Positions 30,158-41,237 of a DNA stretch of 64,000 nucleotides are shown here, one piece after another. The notes under the pieces were generated by a model. That model ran no database searches, had not been told where the DNA came from, and saw only the letters and a list, made by a program, of their open reading frames with translations. This DNA comes from Phormidesmis sp. (GTDB taxonomy: Bacteria; Cyanobacteriota; Cyanobacteriia; Leptolyngbyales; Leptolyngbyaceae): assembly GCA_965248535.1 (NCBI GenBank), contig CBDFJR010000002.1, forward strand, positions 1,280,001-1,344,000, written 5' to 3'. The position numbers were made by a program, and so were the translations under genes. Every line of letters begins with the position of its first letter. The stretch's first letter is position 1.

Positions 30158-30182
30158 GTACGGGCATGGCACTGCCGTGCCC
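30158..30182 (+). repeat. REP-like palindrome
   Basis: GTACGGGCATGGCACTGCCGTGCCC. Confidence 0.8.
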
Positions 30183-30204
30183 CAGGTCTATGCAGTCACC
30201 AAGA

Positions 30205-30831
30205 TCAGAAAATGTACAGCAGCAGAAATAGAATCACCCAGACAATATCGACAAAGTGCCAATAAACCTCAGCCGCTTCCACCCCAAAATGACTGCTGCT
30301 GCTGTAGCGATCGGGCTTCATCGATCGCCACAACACGCCCAAAATTAGCACCAGCCCAAACAAAACGTGCAGCCCGTGGAAGCCAGTTAAGACATAGAAC
30401 GTGCTGGCAAAAAGGTTAGTCGTCAGCCCAAACTCTAAGTGAAAATATTCATAGAGTTGACCTGACAGAAAGACAGCGCCCATCGCGGCAGTGACCGCAA
30501 ACCAGAGCCGCAGCCCTTTGACATCGTTCTTTTTAATGGCCGTGTCAGCGTTGTGAATGACTAAACTGCTGGCTACCAAAATCACCGTGTTGATTCCGGG
30601 CAGCAGCAATTCCAGTCGAGGCGTACCTTCGGGTGGCCACACAGGGGCCACCGATCGAAAGGTGAGATAGGCCATAAACAGGCCTAGAAAAATCATGCCC
30701 TCAGCCACCAAGAAGACAATGACACCCAATAGCCGAAAGTCGTGATGTTCTACACCGTGAGCAGCAACCACTTCTGCTTCATGGTGGTGATTGAGAACCG
30801 TTTTTGTAGAGTCGAGGGTTGAACCTGTCAT
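30205..30831 (-). CDS. ctaE: Cytochrome c oxidase subunit III
   Basis: FYVLTGFHGLHV and YWHFVD motifs. Confidence 0.95.
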   Translation of the reverse strand: MTGSTLDSTKTVLNHHHEAEVVAAHGVEHHDFRLLGVIVFLVAEGMIFLGLFMAYLTFRSVAPVWPPEGTPRLELLLPGINTVILVASSLVIHNADTAIKKNDVKGLRLWFAVTAAMGAVFLSGQLYEYFHLEFGLTTNLFASTFYVLTGFHGLHVLFGLVLILGVLWRSMKPDRYSSSSHFGVEAAEVYWHFVDIVWVILFLLLYIF

Positions 30832-30867
30832 GAATCTTGCGGTTTGGTAAAGGACAAAACGTGAACT

Positions 30868-32634
30868 CTAGCGGTTGTGGCTTTCGCCCACCCGATCGCT
30901 GGGGCTGACCGCAACCGCCGGGTCAGGCTTTGCCCGCAGAGCGGAATTAGGGCCGGCCGCAAGCACTGGGTCGCTAGCTTCTGACAGGGGAACGTTGACC
31001 TCAGTTGCGCGGCTGCCCATGCCATAGTCGTAGGGCCCAGTGGCTAGAACGGGATCTGCGTCAAAGTTTTCGACCGGGGGAGGAGAAGTAGTCATCCACT
31101 CCAGGGTCAAGCCGCGCCAAGGGTTGTCGCTGGCTTTCTCGCCATAAACCCAACTCCAACAAACATTCACCAAGAAGGGCAGTGTCGAAATAGCTAAGAG
31201 ATAGGCTCCGATCGTGCACAGCAAATTCAAAGCTGCAAATTTAGGATCATACTCCGCGATTCGGCGGTTCATGCCTTCAATCCCCAGCTTGTGCATCGGC
31301 ATAAACGCCAGGTTAAAGCCCACATAACTCAGCGCAAAGTGAACTTTACCCAGAGGTTCGTTGAGCATTCGCCCCGTCATTTTAGGGAACCAATGATAGA
31401 ACGCGGAATATAGCCCAAACACGCTGCCCCCAAACAACACATAGTGCAGGTGAGCCACAATGAAGTAGGTGTCATGAACGTGAATGTCAAAAGGCACAGA
31501 GGCGACCATCACACCGCTAATGCCGCCAATCACAAACAAAGAAATAAACCCCATCGCGAATAGTAGTGGGCTTTCGAGACGAAGTTTGCCGCCCCAGATT
31601 GTCGCTAGCCAGCTAAAGACTTTAATCCCAGTCGGCACAGCGATGATCATTGAGGTGATCATGAAAAACATCCGCAGCCAAGGCGGAGTGCCGCTCGTGA
31701 ACATATGGTGCGCCCACACGATCAGCCCCAACCCACAAATTGCCACACTGGAATAAGCGATCGCTTTGTAGCCAAAAATCGGCTTGCGCGAGTGCACAGA
31801 CACAATCTCTGAGATCATCCCAAACACTGGCAAGATCATGATATAGACCGCCGGATGGGAGTAAAACCAGAACATATGCTGATAGACCACCGGGTCGCCG
31901 CCCCCTGTGGGGTTAAAAAAGTTAGTCCCCACAATCAGGTCAAACGACAGCAAAATCATCGCCCCAGCTAGCACAGGCGTTGCGACCAGCGCCAAAAACG
32001 ACGTTGCCAGCATCGCCCAGCAGAACAAGGGCATCTGGTTTAGCCCCATTCCCGGTATCCGCATTTTGAAAATCGTGACGATGAAGTTCACCGCCGCCAA
32101 AATCGAAGATGTTCCCAGCAGCAAAACGCTGAGAATCCAAATCAGTTCGCCGGGCTTGCCGTTCATCAAGCTTAGAGGCGGATAAGAAGTCCAGCCTGAG
32201 CCAGGGGCACCGACGAAAAAGCTCGACATCAAGAGAATTCCAGCAGGCGGAATAATCCAGAAGGCGATCGCGTTGAGGCGAGGAAACGCCATATCTCGCG
32301 CCCCAATCATCAGGGGGATCAGATAATTGCCAAATCCACCTGTTCCCGCCGGAACAATCCACAAAAAGATCATCACCGTCGCGTGAACCGTGAATAAGCT
32401 GTTGTAGACTTCACGACTGACAAAATCAGATTCGGGAGTGGCCAACTCAGTTCGCACCATCGTCGCCAGCACGCCACCCACGAGATAGAAAATAAATGTG
32501 GTGACTAAGTACTGAATCCCGATTACTTTGTGGTCGGTGCTAAAACCAAAATATTTGCGCCAATCGCCTTGATCCGGCTCGGTGCCGCGGGCAGGAAGAT
32601 TGGCTTGTTCTTGAAAGTCTGCGGCTTGGGTCAT
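30868..32634 (-). CDS. ctaD: Cytochrome c oxidase subunit I
   Basis: DHKVIG, WFYSHPAVY, VWAHHM and HDTYFIVAHLHY motifs. Confidence 0.97.
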   Translation of the reverse strand: MTQAADFQEQANLPARGTEPDQGDWRKYFGFSTDHKVIGIQYLVTTFIFYLVGGVLATMVRTELATPESDFVSREVYNSLFTVHATVMIFLWIVPAGTGGFGNYLIPLMIGARDMAFPRLNAIAFWIIPPAGILLMSSFFVGAPGSGWTSYPPLSLMNGKPGELIWILSVLLLGTSSILAAVNFIVTIFKMRIPGMGLNQMPLFCWAMLATSFLALVATPVLAGAMILLSFDLIVGTNFFNPTGGGDPVVYQHMFWFYSHPAVYIMILPVFGMISEIVSVHSRKPIFGYKAIAYSSVAICGLGLIVWAHHMFTSGTPPWLRMFFMITSMIIAVPTGIKVFSWLATIWGGKLRLESPLLFAMGFISLFVIGGISGVMVASVPFDIHVHDTYFIVAHLHYVLFGGSVFGLYSAFYHWFPKMTGRMLNEPLGKVHFALSYVGFNLAFMPMHKLGIEGMNRRIAEYDPKFAALNLLCTIGAYLLAISTLPFLVNVCWSWVYGEKASDNPWRGLTLEWMTTSPPPVENFDADPVLATGPYDYGMGSRATEVNVPLSEASDPVLAAGPNSALRAKPDPAVAVSPSDRVGESHNR

Positions 32635-32655
32635 AGGAAATGTGAAGGGTTCTCT

Positions 32656-32706
32656 GTCATTCGTCACAGGTCATGGGTCACAGGTCATTAGCTAACGACG
32701 AATGAC
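32656..32706. repeat. Heptamer (STRR-like) tandem repeat with an inverted copy
   Basis: gtcattc gtcacag gtcatgg gtcacag gtcatta ... gacgaatgac. Confidence 0.6.
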
Positions 32707-32715
32707 GCATCACCA

Positions 32716-33735
32716 CTAGCTCATGGAAGGGTGATCAGAATGGAGTTGCTTCAGCGTGTCTGTGCTGATCCCGACTTCTTTGGCGTAGGGAGCGAGATAT
32801 TCAGCTTCAGTCATGGCGGCTGGGGTCGTAGCAATCGCTTTGCTCAGTCCTTCAGCGCTGGCAACTTGCTGACTCTGAATCCATTTTTGGACATCTTCAG
32901 CAGATTCAACAATCACTTTAGTGTTCATTGCGCCGTGGTAAGCACCACACAATTCAGCACAGATCAGAGGATATTCTCCCAATCGGTTGGCCGTAAATCG
33001 CACTTCAGTTTGCTGTCCGGGAACGGCATCCTGCTTAAGGCGAAACTGAGGCACCCAGAACGCATGAATCACGTCATTTGCAGTCAGGTTAACTAGCACT
33101 TTCTGGTTGATTGGCACATGCAGTTCACCCGCCACGACCTCAGTGCCAGGGTAAGTAAACAGCCAAGCATACTGCATTCCCGCTACGTTGACGACAAACT
33201 CAGGAGTTCCTGATTCTGCGCCGCCGATCGTGGGAGACACCACAGGCGCTGACGCATCATTGCTCTGAGCCAGATCTGCGGCATTAGCTTGGGCCATCAA
33301 AGTGCCCGCCATGGCCGATCCAGGCATAGTAGCCATCTGTTGATGGGCTTTGCCGTGGGCCATTGAGTGATCCATCGGGTCATTGCCCCCGTTTTCGTTG
33401 TAAATATCAAAACTCAGGATTGAGATGCCCAGAACCATAATGGCTGGGATCGCTGTCCAGAGGATTTCTAGGGGAATATTGCCATGAACGGGCGGCCCAT
33501 CTGACTCGTCGCCGTGATCCCGGCGAAACTTGAAGGCAGAGTAGACCAACACGCCGATAACGAGTAGAAAAATCCCCGTTCCGATCGTCATCATTAAATT
33601 GAAAAGGCTATCAATGCGGATAGACTCTACCGACGCAGAAACGGGTAAAAGATCATGATTCTGACCGTACCAGAAGCTGACCAGGGTCAGAGCGATACCA
33701 GCCAGCAGGGTTGTAATCTGACTTGGAATATTCAC
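32716..33735 (-). CDS. ctaC: Cytochrome c oxidase subunit II
   Basis: DVIHAFW and the CuA motif CAELCGAYHGAM. Confidence 0.96.
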   Translation of the reverse strand: MNIPSQITTLLAGIALTLVSFWYGQNHDLLPVSASVESIRIDSLFNLMMTIGTGIFLLVIGVLVYSAFKFRRDHGDESDGPPVHGNIPLEILWTAIPAIMVLGISILSFDIYNENGGNDPMDHSMAHGKAHQQMATMPGSAMAGTLMAQANAADLAQSNDASAPVVSPTIGGAESGTPEFVVNVAGMQYAWLFTYPGTEVVAGELHVPINQKVLVNLTANDVIHAFWVPQFRLKQDAVPGQQTEVRFTANRLGEYPLICAELCGAYHGAMNTKVIVESAEDVQKWIQSQQVASAEGLSKAIATTPAAMTEAEYLAPYAKEVGISTDTLKQLHSDHPSMS

Positions 33736-34167
33736 AGTTCGTCAAATCTCACAAACAACTGGGCGATCGCATCAGCGACCTAATGAGAACTATCGAAGGT
33801 GCCCTGAATTTTTTAGAGCTTGAATCTAACTTTAGAGGGTGTCTTGAGGTCGATACCTCCACCATACTGCACCTGAACAGTTTCAAGGTTTCAGGCTCAA
33901 AATTCACGGCTACTCGTTCGTCTAACTACACGGTAAGCTACCCATCTCGGTAGGGGGCAACCATTTAATTATCCTTAAGAATCTCTTTGGGATCTGGTTT
34001 AAAAGGTGACTGACTCCTCGCGTCCCTTTGGCTGCAATCGGAAGAAATTCCGAAAGCTGGTCACGAATTAGATTTGCTTCATTAAAGTAGACGCTAGAGT
34101 AGATACTCACTGCTTAGTTAACTTTTATTTTATTTTCATCAAGCATTGGAACAAAGGCTCTTACCTC

Positions 34168-35121
34168 ATGTCTGACTCTTTCCTGCATCAGCCCGCCGTC
34201 TCAACACCTGATCCCACCGTGGTTAGAACTTGGGTGACCCGTCTGGTGTTTGGGTTAGCGATCGCGACGCTCTTTTTAATGGCTCTCGGCAGCGCCACCC
34301 GCGTCATGAATGCTGGGCTGTCATGCCCTGACTGGCCCCTCTGCTACGGTGAGTTTGTCCCGCGTGACCAGATGAATCTTCAGGTGTTTTTAGAATGGTT
34401 TCATCGACTGATCGCCACATCCATGGGATTTGCCACAATTGGCCTAGCCGCCCTAGCTTGGTGGTATCGCCGCGCCCTGCCTAACTGGACTCCTTGGGCA
34501 GCGGCGTTTGCCCTATTCTTGGTCGTCGTGCAAGGGGTTTTGGGCGGGCTGACCGTCACGGAACTGCTGCGATTTGACATTGTGACCGCTCACCTCGGCA
34601 CCGGACTGCTGTTTTTCAGCACCCTAGTTGCCATTGGCACCACCCTAATTTCCCACAACGGAACGGGAACCGTGGGCAACCTCAAGTGGGTAGGGTTGGG
34701 CGCGGCGATTTTGGTCTACCTGCAAAGTATTCTGGGTGGGCTAGTCTCTTCTCAGTGGGCACTGCATCAATGCTTTGGCACTCAGCAGCTATGCATTGTG
34801 ATGAACAGTCATTTGGCTGGAGTGGTTCCGGCAACGATCGCCACTCTGACCCTGATCGTTCTCACCTGGCGAACTCCAGCCCTATCTCCGTCGCTGCGGC
34901 GCTGGGCCACTCTGGCAGGGCTTTGTCTCGTGCTGCAAATCGCCCTAGGAGTCGCCACCTTCCGTCTTCACCTTCAGGTTGAGCCGCTCACGGTTGCTCA
35001 CCAGGCAGTCGGGGCTTCCCTCCTCGGAACTTTAATTATCTTCACGGTTTTGGCATTTCGAGATGCTCCAGTTCTCAAGGGTCTGATCGAAGAAGTCTCG
35101 ATCGACGTTTCTGCATCTTGA
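34168..35121 (+). CDS. ctaA: Heme A synthase (COX15/CtaA)
   Basis: GLSCPDWPLC and EWFHR motifs. Confidence 0.92.
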   Translation: MSDSFLHQPAVSTPDPTVVRTWVTRLVFGLAIATLFLMALGSATRVMNAGLSCPDWPLCYGEFVPRDQMNLQVFLEWFHRLIATSMGFATIGLAALAWWYRRALPNWTPWAAAFALFLVVVQGVLGGLTVTELLRFDIVTAHLGTGLLFFSTLVAIGTTLISHNGTGTVGNLKWVGLGAAILVYLQSILGGLVSSQWALHQCFGTQQLCIVMNSHLAGVVPATIATLTLIVLTWRTPALSPSLRRWATLAGLCLVLQIALGVATFRLHLQVEPLTVAHQAVGASLLGTLIIFTVLAFRDAPVLKGLIEEVSIDVSAS

Positions 35122-35171
35122 CTGTTTGCCTCTTTTTTCCTCCTACTCTCCCCTTTCGGAACCTTTAGAGA

Positions 35172-36152
35172 ATGCAAAATACTGCGCTTCCTGGCATTTC
35201 TCGCCACAACCAAGATTTTCCCCACGTCATTCAAAGCTATTGGCAACTGACCAAGCCGCGGATTATTTTGCTGCTGCTAATCACCACCGCAGGCGGCATG
35301 TGGATTGCGGCTGAAGGACAAGTTGATCCCTTTTTGCTGATCATCACGCTGGTGGGCGGAGCGTTTTCGGCAGGCGCGGCCAACACGATTAACTGTTTAT
35401 ACGATCGTGACATCGACTACATCATGGAGCGCACTCGCCACCGCCCGCTGCCATCGGGTCGAGTCAGCCCTAGAGATGCGCTAATTTTTGCGACGATTCT
35501 GGCGGTGACTGCTTTTACTCTCTTGGCAGTTTTTGCAAATCTGCTTAGTGCAGGTCTCGCCATGTCGGGCATCTTTTGCTATGTCGTGGTTTACACGCAC
35601 TGGCTCAAGCGTCATAGCACTCAAAATATCGTCATCGGTGGGGCTGCTGGCGCGATTCCGCCGCTGGTTGGCTGGGCTGCGGTGACGGGCGATCTTAGTT
35701 GGGCGGCTTGGGTGCTGTTTGCGATCGTGTTTATGTGGACTCCGCCTCACTTTTGGGCGTTGGCGATCATGATTCGCGAAGACTATGCCAAAGTGGGCGT
35801 GCCAATGATGCCCGTGGTTGAAGGCAACGAATCAACCAGCTACCAGATTCTCTATTACACGCTGGCTTTGATCCCCGTGACGCTGCTGCTGGTCTACCCG
35901 CTGCATGTGATGGGGGCGGTGTATGCGGCGATCGCCCTCTTGCTCGGTGGGGTGTTTGTGCAAAAAGCCTGGAAGTTAGTTCAAGAACCGTCTGAACTAA
36001 TGGTAGCTAAGTCTTTGTTCAAATATTCGATTCTCTACCTGATGCTGCTGTGTGCAGGCATGGGAATTGACAGCTTGCCCATGACGCACCAACTCACAGA
36101 CACTCTTTTTTCTAACCTGCATACCCTAGTGGGGCTGATTTCTGGGCGCTAG
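35172..36152 (+). CDS. ctaB: Heme O synthase (protoheme IX farnesyltransferase)
   Basis: LTKPR, DRDID..MERT..RP and [10 protein letters not shown] motifs. Confidence 0.95.
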   Translation: MQNTALPGISRHNQDFPHVIQSYWQLTKPRIILLLLITTAGGMWIAAEGQVDPFLLIITLVGGAFSAGAANTINCLYDRDIDYIMERTRHRPLPSGRVSPRDALIFATILAVTAFTLLAVFANLLSAGLAMSGIFCYVVVYTHWLKRHSTQNIVIGGAAGAIPPLVGWAAVTGDLSWAAWVLFAIVFMWTPPHFWALAIMIREDYAKVGVPMMPVVEGNESTSYQILYYTLALIPVTLLLVYPLHVMGAVYAAIALLLGGVFVQKAWKLVQEPSELMVAKSLFKYSILYLMLLCAGMGIDSLPMTHQLTDTLFSNLHTLVGLISGR

Positions 36153-36267
36153 GAGGGGGATCATTGACGGACTGAATGACGATTGCACCCATTCAACTCG
36201 TCAATGCTCTCTACAATAAAAGAGAGCAGCGATCGAGATTTGTATCCCATTTAAGGGAGGAGTATTC

Positions 36268-37287
36268 ATGGCTCCTGCGGTTTTAATTGAACACCTTCAG
36301 AAACGCTATGGCGCGATCGAAGCGGTCAAAAATGTTTCTTTGCAGGTAGAGTCGGGCGAGATTTTTGGATTATTGGGCCCCAACGGAGCCGGAAAAACCA
36401 CGACTCTGAGATGTTTGTGCACCCTGACCGATCCTGACTCAGGACGCATCGAGGTCTCTGGGATCTCAGCGATCGAGCAGCCCCGTCTAGCCCGGCAGCA
36501 TTTGGGCTATGTTGCTCAAGAAGTTGCCCTAGACAAAGTTTTAACCGGACGAGAACTGCTAGAGCTTCAGGCAGCCCTCTACCATCTGCCTCGGCAGTCT
36601 ATCCGATCGCGAATTGCCGAAATTTTGACCCTGTTGGGATTGGATGAATGGGCAGATCAGAAATCGGGCACCTACTCCGGCGGCTTAAAAAAACGCCTGG
36701 ATCTAGCGGCTGGGCTGCTCCATCAGCCCGATGTGCTCATTCTCGACGAGCCAACAGTTGGGTTAGATATTGAAAGCCGAGTCGCCGTGTGGAGCTTTTT
36801 GCGCCAACTGCGATCGCAGGGAACCACTATTTTAATCACCAGCCACTATTTAGAAGAAGTGGATGCTCTGGCCGATCGAGTGGCCATTATCGATCGCGGA
36901 GTCGTGATTGCATCGGGCACGCCGTCAGAGTTAAAAGATCAGGTGGGGGGCGATCGGGTTACCCTGCGAATTCGCGAATTCTCTCCGGTGGAGGAAGCTG
37001 AACAGGCCAAGGTTTTGCTAGCAGCGTTGCCCCTGGTGCAGGACGTGATCATCAACCACGCTCAAGGAAACTCTCTCAATCTAGTCGTCGTTCCTCAAAG
37101 TGAAGCCTTGATGAGCATTCAACACGCCCTTCAGCAGGCTGGGCTACCCATGTTTGGCATTGCTCAAGCGCGTCCTAGCTTAGATGATGTCTATCTCAAT
37201 GCGACGGGTCGCACCCTTTTAGATGCCGAGCTTGCTGCGGCCGGAAATCGCGATCTCAAAGCCGAAAAAAAGCAAAATATGCGCTGA
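36268..37287 (+). CDS. ABC transporter ATP-binding protein (DrrA-like)
   Basis: GPNGAGKT, YSGG and LDEPT motifs. Confidence 0.92.
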   Translation: MAPAVLIEHLQKRYGAIEAVKNVSLQVESGEIFGLLGPNGAGKTTTLRCLCTLTDPDSGRIEVSGISAIEQPRLARQHLGYVAQEVALDKVLTGRELLELQAALYHLPRQSIRSRIAEILTLLGLDEWADQKSGTYSGGLKKRLDLAAGLLHQPDVLILDEPTVGLDIESRVAVWSFLRQLRSQGTTILITSHYLEEVDALADRVAIIDRGVVIASGTPSELKDQVGGDRVTLRIREFSPVEEAEQAKVLLAALPLVQDVIINHAQGNSLNLVVVPQSEALMSIQHALQQAGLPMFGIAQARPSLDDVYLNATGRTLLDAELAAAGNRDLKAEKKQNMR

Positions 37288-37317
37288 TTTCGTTGTCCCT
37301 CATTTCAAAATTGTCCT

Positions 37318-38202
37318 ATGAGTCGCACAATTACGCCTCCTCAGTCTGAATTTAAAAGCCCAGTCAGCCCGATCGCGCTCCCAAAATCTACGCCGTTGAG
37401 CGACTTTATTCAAGAAACGCTGGCGTTGACTCGTCGGTTGTTTATTCAGCTTCAGCGTCGCCCTTCGACCCTGGCCGCCGGAATTATTCAGCCGTTGATG
37501 TGGCTGGTTCTATTTGGGGCCTTGTTTCAAAACGCGCCTCAGGGGTTATTTGGAGAGAGCGCCAGCTATGGGCAGTTTCTCGGTGCGGGGATCATTGTCT
37601 TCACAGCCTTTGGGGGCGCACTAAATGCTGGGCTGCCCGTGATGTTTGATCGGGAGTTTGGATTTCTGAATCGGTTGCTGGTTGCACCGCTTGCCTCTCG
37701 CTTCTCGATCGTGATGGCCTCTGCCATTTTTATCACGACGTTGAGCTTGATTCAGACGGGGGCGATCGTGGCGATGAGTGCGTTTCTAGGGTCAGGGTTA
37801 CCCAACGCATTAGGGTTGGCGTTGGTCGGGCTAATTGTCTTAATGCTGGTTCTCGCAGTCACTGCATTGAGTTTGGGGTTAGCGTTTGCGTTGCCGGGTC
37901 ACATTGAGTTGATCGCAGTGATCTTTGTCACTAACTTACCCCTGCTGTTTGCGAGCACGGCATTAGTGCCCCTATCGTTTATGCCCCATTGGTTGCAGGT
38001 GGTGGCGACGCTGAACCCATTAAGCTATGCGATCGAGCCGATTCGCTATGTCTATTTGCACTCTGATTGGACTCTGAGCAGTGTCGTTGTGCAAGCCCCG
38101 TGGGGAGCCGTCACGATGGGCACCTCTCTGCTGATTTTGTTAGGGTTTAACGGAGTGGCGTTTTTGGCGATTCAGCCTTTGTTGAAGCGCACTTTAGCCT
38201 AG
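37318..38202 (+). CDS. ABC-2 type permease
   Basis: DREFGFL and LNPLSYA motifs; six hydrophobic segments. Confidence 0.9.
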   Translation: MSRTITPPQSEFKSPVSPIALPKSTPLSDFIQETLALTRRLFIQLQRRPSTLAAGIIQPLMWLVLFGALFQNAPQGLFGESASYGQFLGAGIIVFTAFGGALNAGLPVMFDREFGFLNRLLVAPLASRFSIVMASAIFITTLSLIQTGAIVAMSAFLGSGLPNALGLALVGLIVLMLVLAVTALSLGLAFALPGHIELIAVIFVTNLPLLFASTALVPLSFMPHWLQVVATLNPLSYAIEPIRYVYLHSDWTLSSVVVQAPWGAVTMGTSLLILLGFNGVAFLAIQPLLKRTLA

Positions 38203-38293
38203 AAGTCTAAAATAAGATTTTCAGGAGCAAATCATAGATTATTGCGTCTTGAGTAGAATTAGCAATAGAAACTCATTCAGAATTCAAATAGCA

Positions 38294-38692
38294 ATGAAAA
38301 CCAAATTTAAGCGTCAGTCTATTAATCGGCTTGCCTGGGTTGCGCTTAATCTTGTTGTGGGATTAGGCTTGGCTGCTTTGGTAGCCCGACCGTCGATCGC
38401 TCAGGTGACAAACGTCGATCCTTTTAAAGACACTCAATCAAAAGACGGGCTTTCTGACATTTTTTCTAACCGCAATGACGGCTCGACGAGCAGTGTGTTT
38501 GATTTAATGCAGCGCATCATCAGGGGTGGAACAAACCCGGCTGATTTTAAAGCACAACAGCAGCAAAACCTAGATGATGCAGCCGCCCAGTTTCGGGCCC
38601 AGCAGCGACAGCGAATCCAGGGGCAACCGCCCCAAACGGTGCCTTCAACACCTCAGATTGTGCTGCCTGCGGGGACGATTTCAACCCCGTAG
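38294..38692 (+). CDS. Hypothetical secreted protein
   Basis: Signal peptide ..PSIA/Q; Gln-rich C-terminus. Confidence 0.65.
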   Translation: MKTKFKRQSINRLAWVALNLVVGLGLAALVARPSIAQVTNVDPFKDTQSKDGLSDIFSNRNDGSTSSVFDLMQRIIRGGTNPADFKAQQQQNLDDAAAQFRAQQRQRIQGQPPQTVPSTPQIVLPAGTISTP

Positions 38693-38735
38693 TTTAACTG
38701 GCTGCCCCCATTAAAACATTTGAGGTGACAGTGAC

Positions 38736-39068
38736 GTGAGCACGTCTGCGATCGAGTTGCCGATGAATGCGATTGCTGAGTTTTGCGATCGCTGGCACGT
38801 CATAGAATTTGCCCTTTTTGGCTCTGTCCTACGTCAAGATTTTCGCCCTGATAGTGATATTGACGTGATGGTGCGATTTCACCCAGAGTCCCATCCCACT
38901 TTGTTTGACTTAGTTTATATGGAGGATGAATTAAAAATTCTCTTTGAGAGAGACGTTGATTTGGTGACTCGCAAAGGGATCGAGACGAGTCGTAACTATC
39001 TACGTCGAGAAGCAATTCTCTCGTCTGCTCAAGTAATTTATGGAACGCGATCTTCAATCTCTGCTTGA
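38736..39068 (+). CDS. Minimal nucleotidyltransferase (MNT) antitoxin
   Basis: LFGSVLR.DF..DSDIDV and VDLV motifs. Confidence 0.88.
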   Translation: MSTSAIELPMNAIAEFCDRWHVIEFALFGSVLRQDFRPDSDIDVMVRFHPESHPTLFDLVYMEDELKILFERDVDLVTRKGIETSRNYLRREAILSSAQVIYGTRSSISA

Positions 39069-39402
39069 TGTGTTGCAGTCTGCCCAAATCGCTACGGGGT
39101 ACGTGACTGGGCGATCGCCAGATCAGCTAATCACTGATCTGCAATTTCAAGATGCACTGATTCGCCGACTTTTGATCATTGGTGAAGCCTCAAAGCGAGT
39201 TTCTCAAGCAACTCGACAAACCTTAACGACTATTCCCTGGGCTGCTATTAATGGCATGAGAAACCGACTCATTCACGAATATGATGAAATCGACCTGGAT
39301 GTTGTTTGGAATACAGCAGTTAACAGCTTACCAGCCTTGATTTTAGCTCTAGAGAAAGTATTTCTTAGTGAGCAGCCTGAGTTACCCAAGGAAGAAGGCT
39401 AA
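39040..39402 (+). CDS. HEPN/DUF86 RNase toxin
   Basis: IIGEA and MRNRLIHEY (Rx4H) motifs; overlaps the MNT gene. Confidence 0.88.
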   Translation: MERDLQSLLDVLQSAQIATGYVTGRSPDQLITDLQFQDALIRRLLIIGEASKRVSQATRQTLTTIPWAAINGMRNRLIHEYDEIDLDVVWNTAVNSLPALILALEKVFLSEQPELPKEEG

Positions 39403-39403
39403 C

Positions 39404-39584
39404 TTAGATCTTGCACTTCTGGCAACAACCGCCAAGAATTGAAGTTCGTGACTCATCGCTCAAACCCATTGAAATAGGTTGAAATCTTTTCCCAGTCCTC
39501 TTCAGAGGACTTTTGCTGCTATTAGCCCGAATTTTAATTCAGGATGGGCGATCGGGAAATCGTTGAGACTGGTGCAAGATCTGA
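39404..39584. mobile_element. MITE-like ~180 bp element
   Basis: Terminal inverted repeats AGATCTTGCAC (39406-39416) / GTGCAAGATCT (39572-39582); internal palindrome AGTCCTC-TTCA-GAGGACT. Confidence 0.65.
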
Positions 39585-39590
39585 CCTAAG

Positions 39591-41081
39591 TTAGATTTCT
39601 TCGGTTAAAAGCTCTTCGGATTGCAAATTGCCGGGCACGGCTTTTGATGACAGTAGTGATTTGATCACTTGTCCGATCGAGGGCCCGCGCTTTTCGTGCA
39701 CAAACACGAGAGGCAGCAGCGCGAGCAACCGCACCACACTAGAAAGGGCAAAGAGTCCCGGTATGCCACCATAGTCAGCAAATTGAGCCAGATATCCGCC
39801 AGCAGTGGTTCCTAACGCGCCACTAACCCCCGCGATCGCGGCCGCTACTGCAAAATAAGTTGCCTGATGTTTAACCGACGCGATGCCTAGTTGAATGTTG
39901 TTGTTACACAGGTCGATCGCGGCCCAAGTGCCGCCGCTAAAAAGGTGCAATAGCGGTAGCCACAGCCAGATCGAGACGGCGTTTGCCCCTGTTGCCAGCC
40001 AAAAGAGCGGCGTAACGGCGACCAAAACTCCGACTAGCAGCAGCAGCGCTCGATTGCCAAACCGATCGGCGAGTTTGCCCCAAAAAAGCATCATTACTAG
40101 GTTTGCCCCAGCCGTCAGACTGTTGTAGGCCGTCACCCCAGCCACGTCGATCGCCAGATTATCCAACATATATAAGTTAAAAAATGGCGAACTCAAATTG
40201 ACGGCAAACATCCACAGACTAAAGTAGACCAAGAAGCGCAAAAAATTTCCGTCTTGCAAAATGGGCGAGGCAGTTACCCAGTTGATTCCAAACGGCTGAT
40301 CCTCCACGATCGCCGAGTCTTTAGCCGTGACCTCGGCCAATTGCTTTTGAACTTGTGGATTGATATCTGCCATCAACCACTGATAGCCCAGACTCACCAG
40401 CCCCGCAATAATGCCCAGCAGCAAGACTAACCCATAACCCTCAATGGTGCCACGGGGATAAGTAGAGACGATCACCCCTGCGATCGGCACAGCAATCAAG
40501 CAAGTCAAACTAGCGGCGCTGTTGCGAATCCCAAAATAGCGGCCTCTCAGTCGTCGCGGCACTAATGCCGCCAGCCAACTCAGCCAGGCAGCGCTTCCCA
40601 AAGCTCCTAAGACGTGGGTGGCACAGACGATTAGCAGCGTCCACTGCACGAGCAGGTGTGACTCTAGCTGTCCCCAACTCGCGATCGCGATGCCGATCAC
40701 CAGCAGCAGCCAGATTAACCGAGCCGGGGCGTAGATCCAAAAACAATACATGTGGCGGCTGCGAGTGCGATCGCTCCAATAAGCCCCCAGAGGCTGCATC
40801 AAATTTGCCACCATCGGAATCGAGGCCGACAGCCCAATCTCAACCGGAGTAGCGTGTAGCTCTACTAAAAAGTTACTGAGCAGCACGCCCCCAACAATAT
40901 TAGAAAAAATCGTCGCAAACACGCCATCGATCGTCGAGGCTCTTAAGCTATTGCGAACGTCCTGTTTAGGCGTTTTAGAATCTGGCTCAGTCACCACAGG
41001 CAGCAGAGACTCAGTGCCCGCGATCGGTTCTGGAGACCCTTGAGGCGGGGAAGTGAGTGTTTTGATCGTCCCTAAATCCAC
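39591..41081 (-). CDS. MFS transporter
   Basis: About 12 hydrophobic segments; WGKLADRFGNR motif. Confidence 0.88.
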   Translation of the reverse strand: MDLGTIKTLTSPPQGSPEPIAGTESLLPVVTEPDSKTPKQDVRNSLRASTIDGVFATIFSNIVGGVLLSNFLVELHATPVEIGLSASIPMVANLMQPLGAYWSDRTRSRHMYCFWIYAPARLIWLLLVIGIAIASWGQLESHLLVQWTLLIVCATHVLGALGSAAWLSWLAALVPRRLRGRYFGIRNSAASLTCLIAVPIAGVIVSTYPRGTIEGYGLVLLLGIIAGLVSLGYQWLMADINPQVQKQLAEVTAKDSAIVEDQPFGINWVTASPILQDGNFLRFLVYFSLWMFAVNLSSPFFNLYMLDNLAIDVAGVTAYNSLTAGANLVMMLFWGKLADRFGNRALLLLVGVLVAVTPLFWLATGANAVSIWLWLPLLHLFSGGTWAAIDLCNNNIQLGIASVKHQATYFAVAAAIAGVSGALGTTAGGYLAQFADYGGIPGLFALSSVVRLLALLPLVFVHEKRGPSIGQVIKSLLSSKAVPGNLQSEELLTEEI

Positions 41082-41237
41082 TGCATACCTCTGAGTGCTT
41101 AGACAGCGCCAGACTTTGTTGCTTCCACAAAGTTTAGCGCGATCGCTGGGTTAAGCTTAAGCAATTCTCAAGGTTTGCTAACTCTCCTTTTGAAGGATTT
41201 CTCAGGAGAGTCGCCAAGATCGGTCTTTCGGAGACTT

